From Eimeria praecox (taxonomy: Eukaryota), in assembly GCA_963920595.1 (NCBI GenBank), contig OY986946.1, positions 7,378,001 through 7,442,000 on the forward strand: a stretch of 64,000 nt of DNA, written 5' to 3'. A model generated the notes under the pieces. That model was given only the letters and a program-made list of their open reading frames with translations, was not told where the DNA came from and ran no database searches. Below are positions 44,793 to 64,000 of the stretch, in pieces. The stretch's first letter is position 1, and each line of letters opens with the position of its first letter. Position numbers and translations under genes: made by a program.

Positions 44793-45015
44793 CTGCAGAA
44801 AACCCTAAACCCTAAACCCTAAACCCTAAACCCTAAACCCTAGACCCTAAACCCTGTGCATCCTCTAAACCCTAAGCCCTAAACCCTCGAATAAAGGAGA
44901 GTCTGGCGTTGTGTGTGTATGTGTGTGTGTGTGTGTGTGTGCTGTACAAGTGTTTTAGGGTTTAGGGTTTTCGGGTTTAGTTAGGTTTTAGGGTTTAGGG
45001 TTTAGGATTACGTAC

Positions 45016-54740
<9,725 letters not shown>

Positions 54741-54892
54741 CTGCACTGGGGCCCCACACTCTTGCTGCTGCTGCTGCAGCTGCGGGTGGTGCTGCGGCTG
54801 GTGCTGCTGCTGCTGCTGCTGCAGCTGCGGCGGCGGCCGCTGCTGCTGTTGTTGTTGCTGCTGTTGCTGCTGTTGCTGCTGCTGCTGCTGCT

Positions 54893-54982
54893 TCAAGCAA
54901 CAGGGGGTTCTGTGTCGCTGTCTCCGTCTCGAGTATGTTGCTCCCTCGAGGCCTTCGCTGGCAATGCGGGGGAATCTGCAGC

Positions 54983-55021
<39 letters not shown>

Positions 55022-55108
55022 GATGAGAGCAGCAACAGAAGGCAGCACAAAGCATAGAATCCAAACAACCAGACCTGAAGGTAGCAGCAGCAGCAAGCCT
55101 TACACTGA

Positions 55109-55140
<32 letters not shown>

Positions 55141-55208
55141 CTAGCAGGAACAGTACAACACATGCTGCAGCAGCAGCAGCAAGACAAAAACAGCAGGAGT
55201 AGCAGAGA

Positions 55209-55244
<36 letters not shown>

Positions 55245-55527
55245 AGCAGCACCTACTTCTGAAAGCTGAGAACAGAATCGCGAGTACAATCAAGACGAGC
55301 GAAGCAACGTGTGTAGGTGAGAGGCCTCCTGCGGTCTGCTGCTCTCCCCCTTCGCCTCCTCCTGCTGCTGCTGCTGGTGTTGCTGCTGCTGCTGCTGCTG
55401 TATCTGCTGCAGCAGGCAGCACATCTGTAGGAGAGCCCAGAGCATTTGCTGAAGCAACAGCTTCACGCACAGCCCCCATAAGACCTGCAAGGGAGCTGCA
55501 TATACACCCCACCAACTCGTCCGACAT
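54893..55527 (-). CDS. Small single-TM hypothetical protein, copy A (117 aa; exons 55527-55257, 54975-54893)
   Basis: MSDELVGCICSSLAGLMG...VASLVLIVLAILFSAFR|NSPALPAKASREQHTRDGDSDTEPPVA*. Phase-1 GT-AG intron. Paralog differences in aligned exon 2 codons are synonymous in this frame. Confidence 0.7.
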
Positions 55528-55573
55528 CGTTATAAATGTTGGTGTTGCTGCTGTTTCTGCTGCTGCTGCTGCT

Positions 55574-55610
<37 letters not shown>

Positions 55611-55773
55611 CAGGACAAGCAGTCACCGCCAGAGGAAGGGAGGCGATGGAGTTGCTGATAAATAAGAAAACCGTAGCCCTTGACTGTGCAGCAATTGCTG
55701 CTGCTGCTGCTGCTGCTGCTGGCGCTCCCGCGCCTGCAGCGGGGGATATAGAGGCTCCGCCGCGGGCAGCTGC

Positions 55774-55808
<35 letters not shown>

Positions 55809-55940
55809 TTGCTGTCTGTAATAATCGTCTGCTGCAGCAGAAGCTGCAGCAGTATCAAAGAAGAGGAAAGCCGAAGAAGTGTATAGCGTCAAGAACAAAG
55901 AGAAAGGCTGATGCATACACTGCAGCAGCAGCAGCAGCGG

Positions 55941-55975
<35 letters not shown>

Positions 55976-56170
55976 ACAGCAGCAGAAGCACAGACGAGAG
56001 GAATCTAAGTTAAGCTCCTCTCTTTTATAAACGAAATATTCTTTTATAAACAGATAAATATAATATATATATAAAATTTGGAGTGTATATATATATACAA
56101 CAGCCACAGCAGCAGCAGCAGCAGCAGCGCTAAGCAGCAGCAGCTGAGCGCACCAGTCGAGCGGCTCGCG

Positions 56171-56239
<69 letters not shown>

Positions 56240-56382
56240 AAGGACCACCCTTCTTGTTTAAGCTATCGAGATAACATCCTACATGTTTATTGTATTTATA
56301 TTTTGTTTGTTGGAGCACAAGACGAAGCCTGTCAGCAGCAGCAAGAGCCGCGCCGCAGCAAACCTCGCTGACCGCTACGCCT

Positions 56383-56418
<36 letters not shown>

Positions 56419-56608
56419 CAGCAGCAACAGCAGCAGCAGCAGCAGCAGCAGCAACACTTGTGCGCCTCCGCTTCTTTCTTTGTTGCTTCTTCTCTATACT
56501 AATTCTTTTCTGCTGCTTCTATACGAGGCAGCAGCACAAAGCTGAGTCTGCAGCAGCAGCAGCAGCAAGATTTGTGTTGGGGGGCCAGCAGCAGCAGCAG
56601 CAGCAGCG

Positions 56609-56646
<38 letters not shown>

Positions 56647-56998
56647 GACATTATTAACATCATCATTAACAGCAGCATTAACAGCAGCAGCAGCAGCAGC
56701 AACACCAACATTTATAACGATGTCGGACGAGTTGGTGGGGTGTATATGCAGCTCCCTTGCAGGTCTTATGGGGGCTGTGCGTGAAGCTGTTGCTTCAGCA
56801 AATGCTCTGGGCTCTCCTACAGATGTGCTGCCTGCTGCAGCAGATACAGCAGCAGCAGCAGCAGCAACACCAGCAGCAGCAGCAGCAGGAGGAGGCGAAG
56901 GGGGAGAGCAGCAGACCGCAGGAGGCCTCTCACCTACACACGTTGCTTCTCTCGTCTTGATTGTACTCGCGATTCTGTTCTCAGCTTTCAGAAGTAGG

Positions 56999-57030
<32 letters not shown>
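55230..57030. repeat. Inverted repeat: ~320-bp arms at about 55230-55552 and 56694-57030, spacer ~1.14 kb
   Basis: In exon 1 the arms are reverse complements apart from one TCG/TCT change and one extra GCA codon. Confidence 0.95.
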
Positions 57031-57033
<3 letters not shown>

Positions 57034-57254
57034 TTAGTGTTCTGCTGCTGCTGCTCCCTCTAAGCGGTTGTCTGTGTCCTTCCTCCGTTGTTTTGTTGCT
57101 GCTGCTGATGTTGCTGCTGCTGTTGCTGCTGCTGTTGCTGCTGCTGTTGCTGCTGCTATTGCTGCTGCTGTTGTGAGTGCTGCTGCTGCTGCTGTTTGGA
57201 CTTGAGCCTGTGTTTGTCTGTATTTGTTGTGCTTTACTGTCTTTGCTGCTCTTA

Positions 57255-57320
<66 letters not shown>

Positions 57321-57400
57321 CAGGTTCTCCTGCACTGCCAGCAAAGGCCTCGAGAGAGCAGCCCTACGAAGAAGATGACGCTGAGCCCCCTGTTGCTTGA
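56720..57400 (+). CDS. Small single-TM hypothetical protein, copy B (116 aa; exons 56720-56993, 57324-57400)
   Basis: Same exon 1 as copy A; exon 2 is SSPALPAKASREQPYEEDDAEPPVA*. Intron position and phase are conserved. Confidence 0.7.
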
Positions 57401-57438
<38 letters not shown>

Positions 57439-57507
57439 GAGGAGGAAGAGTAGCAGTAGAAGCAGCAATGGCTGCAGAAGCAGCAGCAACAACAGCAGCA
57501 ACAACAG

Positions 57508-57539
<32 letters not shown>

Positions 57540-57727
57540 GTGAGAGCGCGTTGCTGCAAGTGTAGGCATTTGTGTTTTGTTTGTTTGGGGCTGTCGATGT
57601 ATCTATCGACATTTTCAAACGATGCATGCATGCATGCATGCATGCATGCATGCAGCAGCAGCAGCAACAGCCACAACAGCCACAACAGCAGCAGCAGCAA
57701 CAGCAGCAACAGCAGCAACAGCAGCAA

Positions 57728-57759
<32 letters not shown>

Positions 57760-57863
57760 GCAGCAAGATAGACAGGTCTTTGCTGCTGCTCGTTGAAGGA
57801 GGGGCAAGGGACTCTCCTCCCCTGCAGCTGCAGAAGTTTATATGAATTTGTATGGAATAAAGA

Positions 57864-57918
<55 letters not shown>

Positions 57919-58099
57919 GTAAGTAAATATATTTATACTGTGTCTGTATATATATTATTATATATATTATATTATATATTATATATATATATATATTATA
58001 TATTATATATATATATATTACAATATAAATGAATACAACTTAATTTATGTTTGTTGTTCTTCGTACTACACTCCATATTTGTCCTTGCAAACACTGAAA

Positions 58100-58378
58100 C
58101 ATGCATGCATGCATGCATGCATGCATGCATGCAGCAGGGGGGTTATCTGCATGCATGCATGCATGCATGCATGCATGCAGATAATAACTCTCTTAGCGCC
58201 CCACAGAAACAACAACAAGCCGCAATATGGGGCTTGATGGCGCAGCCCCATGCATGCATGCACATGCATGCATGCATGCATGCATGCATGCATTTGAAGC
58301 TGCATGCAGCAGATCTTAAGTGTTGATGCATGCACATATATTGTTGCTGCATGCATGCATGCATGCATGCATGCATGC
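58100..58378. repeat. (TGCA)n arrays; smaller ones at 39612-39680, 57622-57652 and 59762-59795
   Basis: Direct reading. Confidence 0.92.
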
Positions 58379-58995
58379 AGCAACAACATTTTGCTAGATT
58401 AGAATTTACGCTTGGACATGTATGTATATTAAGATTTTATTAATTTCTTTATATCATTATGGAATCGAGAGTGTTTGTTGTTTATCTTTTAAATATATAT
58501 GGCTTTACAAGGTGTACATACACCCGAAAGCTGAAGCTACAGCAGCTTTCTAGTTAGGATTGTACTGTACGTACACCTGAAAGCAGCAGAAGTATTTCTT
58601 CTTCTTTTTTATTTCTGTAGTTCTAGCAGCAATAAATTGTTTAAATTGGTGATATACACAGAAAATAGGGAGAGTTTAAGAGCTTATTCACTTACATTCG
58701 TGTATATACTGCAAGAGTTGGGGTGTACGTACAGCACAATACAATACAAACAAACTACAGGAGCTGCATATACACCTGAAAGAAGTAAGCAAAGACTACG
58801 GCGAAAGCAATAACATGATTCATCATATTTCCTTCTTTGTACTTTATTAAAAAATATAATTGCAAAAAGAAAGAAAAATAGAAATAAATAAAATAAAATC
58901 GTTCGTTCATACTCTACAGCGTTTACGTTCAGGTGTATAGGCACCTCCTTAGCTTATCTATCATTCAGGTGTATGTGCACCTTCACGTATTATCT

Positions 58996-59097
<102 letters not shown>

Positions 59098-59216
59098 CAA
59101 CATACAAATCGACGTTCTTTGCCCCACTCTTCATTAATTAATTAATTAATTAATTAATTAATTAATTAATTCGCTTCTTCTCGTCAGCTGAAAATACAGA
59201 GATAAACCTTCTGATG

Positions 59217-59386
59217 CAGTGTATGTACACCTTCTATAGCTGCGGTGTATGTACACCTTCTATAGCTGCGGTGTATGTACAGCTCGGGTGTATATACAGC
59301 TGGGGTGTATGTACAGCTGGGGTGTATGTACAGCTGGGGTGTATGTACAGCTGGGGTGTATGTACAGCTGGGGTGTATGTACAGCT
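59217..59386. repeat. Tandem 17-bp GCTGGGGTGTATGTACA (~6 copies) preceded by 25-bp variants
   Basis: Direct reading. Confidence 0.9.
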
Positions 59387-59487
59387 CAAAGTATTGTGCT
59401 TTCCTCGTCAGCTACATCTAAGTTTACAGATTTCAAAAAACACGGAAGTCAGCTCTCCGCTTTTTCTTCGCTTTAGCAGAAAACCCG

Positions 59488-59521
<34 letters not shown>

Positions 59522-59525
59522 TGTC

Positions 59526-59572
<47 letters not shown>

Positions 59573-60057
59573 GCTGCAAATCTTGTCGCTGCTACTGTAA
59601 AGAATTTTGCTGCAGCAAACGCTGCCGTTGCTCCCGCTATGGTAGTAGCAACACACAACTGCTGCTGCTGTTGCTGCTTCTGCTGCTGTTGCTGTTGCTG
59701 CTGCAGCAGCTGCTGCTGCCCCCTTCAGCAGCAGCAGCAGCAAATAGAAATTGCTTCTCCCGCATGCATGCATGCATGCATGCATGCATGCATGCAAGAC
59801 AGCAGCAGAAGCAGGGATAAAAAAAAGGCAGAGAAGCAGCAGCTGCCTGCTGCTAGATGCGCTGCTGCAGCAACTGCAGCAGCAACAGTACCAGCAGCAA
59901 CTACTGATTCTGCCGCAACAGCTGCTGCTGCTCCTGCTGCTGCTGCTGCTCCTGCTGCTGCTGCTGCTGCTCCTGCTGCTGCTGCTGGAGGCTTATTACC
60001 GAACGAAGACAAAATTATTCCTGCATTTATGAAAGCCAAATGGAGCTGCAACTTTGC

Positions 60058-60125
<68 letters not shown>

Positions 60126-60193
60126 CTGCTGCAGCTGATTCTACTATGAATGCCACGGATGCTGCTTCTGCAGCTGCTACTATTGCAAAGCCC

Positions 60194-60257
<64 letters not shown>

Positions 60258-60417
60258 CCTGTCCTTCTGTGTTTGCCGCTGTATCTGTTTTCGCTGCAGC
60301 AGCACCTGCTGCTGCAGCACCTGCTGCAGCAGCACCTACTGCTGCAGCACCTGCTGCTGCAGCACAGCACCTGCAGCAGCAGCACCTGCTGCTGCAGCAC
60401 CTGCTGCTGCTGCTCCA

Positions 60418-60452
<35 letters not shown>

Positions 60453-60455
60453 AGC

Positions 60456-60774
60456 TTAAAGGCCCTCCATCCAACGTATTAAATAACTGACGGGGCGCAT
60501 GATAGGAAATTCTAAGATGGAGTGTACGTTGAGAATGCTGTAATCGACTGAGTTGCTGCTGCAGCAGCAGCAGCAGCAGCACTTGCTGCTGCTGCTGCTG
60601 CTGCTGTTGCTGCTGCAGCAGTTGCTGCTGCTGCAGCAACCAGCACTTGAAGAAGCACAAGTGCATGCATCTGTTTTGTTGTTTACTGCTACTATACGTT
60701 GAGCAGCCGTCGATGTACCCCTGCTGCTGTCGTCTTCTTCTCTACAACACTTAATGGCTACGTCCTGAGAGAAA

Positions 60775-60809
<35 letters not shown>

Positions 60810-60926
60810 TGCTGTTGCTGCTGTTGCTGCTGCTGCTGTTTCGTGCTCCTGCAGATCCACGCTAGGGCCGCTCTCTGCTGCTGTATCGTGCTGCTGCAAG
60901 CTGTTGCTTACAACAAGTATACTTGT

Positions 60927-60957
<31 letters not shown>

Positions 60958-61163
60958 TCTGCTGTTAGTCTGCCGTATTGCATAGGATGCGACAGGCTTG
61001 ATGTGGGGTTGCTGCTGTCAAGAGCAGCAGCAGCAGCACTTGCTGCTGCTGCTGTATTCCCTGCTAGTCTCCGAGCAGCACAGCAGCAGAAGCATATGTT
61101 CGTCTGCTGCTGTTTCTGCTGCATGAGTTTAACTGCAGCAGCTGTATCACCCTTTGCAGCACT

Positions 61164-61196
<33 letters not shown>

Positions 61197-61811
61197 AGCA
61201 GCAGCAGCAGCAGCATTTTTGTTGCGTGTGTGGGCGATTTCTATGGTGAGTATAAGATGATAGAAAGCCCACAATAGAAAACCTAACAATATACCTAAAT
61301 ATACATCTACAGTATAATGATTGAAGCTAACAGGAATCATAATCCATATAAACATAGCAGCAATATAACAAATATACCGTAGAAGCGGCAGCTGCAGACA
61401 TAGCAGCAGCAGCAATTGCATGCAACGACCATGATGATGATGATGGGGCTGTTGTTGTTGTTGTTCTTCTTCTTCTAATACTAATTCTCCCCCTCGTCTT
61501 TCTCGTGCTGCTGCTGCTGCTGCTGCTGCTCTTGCTGCTGCTGCTGCTGCTGCTGCTGATTTTGCTGCTTCTTTCACTGCAGCACGGGGAGGATAGACAA
61601 AGCAACGTGCTGCTGCTGTTGCTGCTGCTCTGTTGCATCTTCTGTCTCTTTTCAATTCTCTCCATGTTTTTAAGAAGTCAAATATTTGATGTAGAAAAGT
61701 TAATTTAAATGCTGCAGAAGGAGACAGATTTTCGGTGTATGTACAGCTGATATCGCTGCAGCACCACGCATTTGCTCTGTTGTTTATTGCTGTTCTTGTT
61801 GCTGTTGCTGT

Positions 61812-61843
<32 letters not shown>

Positions 61844-61935
61844 CTTCTCTTGCTGCTCCTTGTGCTGCTGTTCCTCCTCCCGCCTCCGCCTCATCACCAG
61901 CAGCATCAGCAGCATCACCAACAGCAGCAGCATCA

Positions 61936-61967
<32 letters not shown>

Positions 61968-62756
61968 AGCAGCAGCAGCATCAGCAGCAACAGCAGTATA
62001 TGCTCTTCCATAGAGGACCCAAGACATAACACTATGCATAATACTAAGAGCATGGCCTGATACAATCATCCCCACACATTCTACGTCTTGTCCTGTAGCT
62101 TGAATCGCTGCAGCTTGTAATAATTGATATAGAGTATACACCCTACGGGGTGTACAGGCAGGTTTAGATGGAGGAACAGTAGTAATAGATATAGCAATAG
62201 AACGTAACCAGAACCCTAAACTAATTAATATACACATTCTAGATATAATAATTAAATTAAGAGGGAATGAAATAAATAAAAAATGATGAGCGATAGTTAT
62301 AAAAACACAAATAAATGTACATATATTTACTAATTGAGCTGTCCATACACCGGGATAAATGCCTTTTAATATATTATCATGAACCCTATCAGGAAGAGAA
62401 GGTTGTTCTTCAGGTATATAATATGAATCTGCTGCTATTGCTATCATACTAATACAATATATTGTTATTAAAGTAAATAATACAGAAAACACAAAACGAC
62501 AACACTCCCCCCGTATACTTCGATTCAATAACCATAACAAGGGAGGTGTTGGGCTTCTACTTATATTATATCTCATCTTGTTGTTGTTGTTGCTGCTGCT
62601 GCTGCTGCTGTTGTTGTTGTTGCTGCTGCTGCTGCTGCAATGTCTTCTACTCCTACTCCTGCTGCTGCTGCTGTTGCTGCTGCTGTTGTTGCTGCTGCTG
62701 TTGTTCTTGTTGCTGCTGTTCTTCCAGCAGCACAAACCCCCTGAGAACGCCATCAT
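60456..62756 (-). CDS. Sphingomyelin synthase / IPC-EPC sphingolipid synthase family (PAP2-like), single exon
   Basis: 766-aa ORF with SMS motifs D1 PSLPD, D2 SRMC..LRSIAISITTVP, D3 CVGMIVSGHA and D4 HYTVDVYLG, plus about six hydrophobic segments. The start could be the later Met (MRYNISR). Confidence 0.9.
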
Positions 62757-62792
62757 CGCCAGCTATTGCTGCTGCTGCTGCTGCAGCAGCAA

Positions 62793-62877
62793 AGAGACAG
62801 ACAGAGAGACAGAGAGACAGAGAGACAGAGAGACAGAGAGACAGAGAGACAGAGAGACAGAGAGACAGAGAGACAGA
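62793..62877. repeat. (GAGACAGA)n octamer just upstream of the sphingolipid synthase start
   Basis: Direct reading. Confidence 0.9.
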
Positions 62878-62951
62878 TAAACTCCTACACCAAAGAAAGA
62901 AGAAAGGAGATTGATAACAAGTGTTAAAACCTCAATCCTATCTTTGAAACA

Positions 62952-63032
<81 letters not shown>

Positions 63033-63319
63033 TTCTATAAACAAATCATCAACACATGCACATAAACCCTACTATACAAATACTCATAACACCAGGACCG
63101 TCTCCATATCCCTCCTGCTGCTGCTGCGAAGTTTGCTGCTGCTGCTGCTGCTGCCGCTGCTGCTGCTGCCGCTGCTGCTGCTGCTGCTGCTTGTGGCAAT
63201 GCTGCAGCAGCAGCAGCAGCTGCTGCTGCTGCTGTTGCTGGTAATGGTGCTACTTGTGCTACTGCGAGAGGAGATGAAAGGTGTTCTTCTTTTGTCTAAT
63301 CTTTGTCTTAGCTGCTGCA

Positions 63320-63362
<43 letters not shown>

Positions 63363-63882
63363 GACACGCCTACACAGACGGTGTCTGTGCAGACACCGCG
63401 TAGCTGCATCCCAATAGCAACTCCAACAGTGTATAATAAAAATAATAAATCTGAATGATAGATTCAGCTTTGTTTCTCTTCTGTCTGTAGCGTAGACTTG
63501 ACGGGGTGTACATACACCTCACGCTAGCGACACAAGAAAGGGGGGGGGGGGGGGGGGGGAGGGGGGGAGGTTAGAGGTATACGGCTACGTCTAAAGGCTG
63601 CTAGAATAATTAAATAAATAAATAAAAAGATTAAATAAAATAAATAAATAAAATTAAATAAATAAAAAAGTAGAAATCAACGTCAATGAATATACAAGAA
63701 AACCATGAGTCCAAGGAATATGTTGAGAGATATGAGAGCGTAGGTGTTGCTTGTGTATATATATATATATACGCTGTTTGTATTTAAATTTTATTTTAAT
63801 ATTTTTATTTAAATAATTTTATTATTATAATTAAAAAAGAAAAAAAAAAGAAAAAGAAACGACGCAATATAAGCCACCAGAC

Positions 63883-63970
<88 letters not shown>

Positions 63971-64000
63971 ATGCAGTGTATGGCCTCGTGTGTTTGTTGT

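Noticed and set aside
59639..60666. 283-aa and 313-aa ORFs downstream of the sphingolipid synthase
   Set aside because: Low-complexity, probably 3' UTR or antisense, with no motif support.

Overview
Eukaryotic, intron-rich DNA with the repeat signature of a coccidian, most likely Eimeria: pervasive CAG/CTG runs encoding poly-A/Q/S, intronic telomere-like AAACCCT arrays and TGCATGCA arrays. Most ORF-track entries are repeat artefacts, so I rebuilt genes by hand from GT-AG splice sites and motif recognition. All family calls come from remembered motifs, not searches. Contents, left to right: (1) the 5' part of an ApiAT/NPT-type amino-acid transporter (minus, runs off the left edge, absent from the ORF track); (2) a ~5 kb repeat-poor segment with two convergent, heavily decayed Ty3/gypsy retrotransposon relics and a 200-N gap; (3) a 12-exon insulysin-like M16A gene (8413-21088, +) with a signal peptide and no HxxEH zinc motif; (4) a CFAP70/TTC18-like flagellar TPR gene (24046-36987, -); (5) a minus-strand locus where a degenerate ABCA-like transporter appears to splice in frame into a FABP-like barrel and a START domain, the best candidate for an undescribed system; (6) a head-to-head palindromic pair of small single-TM genes with near-identical exon 1 and synonymously diverged exon 2; (7) an intronless sphingomyelin/IPC-synthase-family gene (60456-62756, -).
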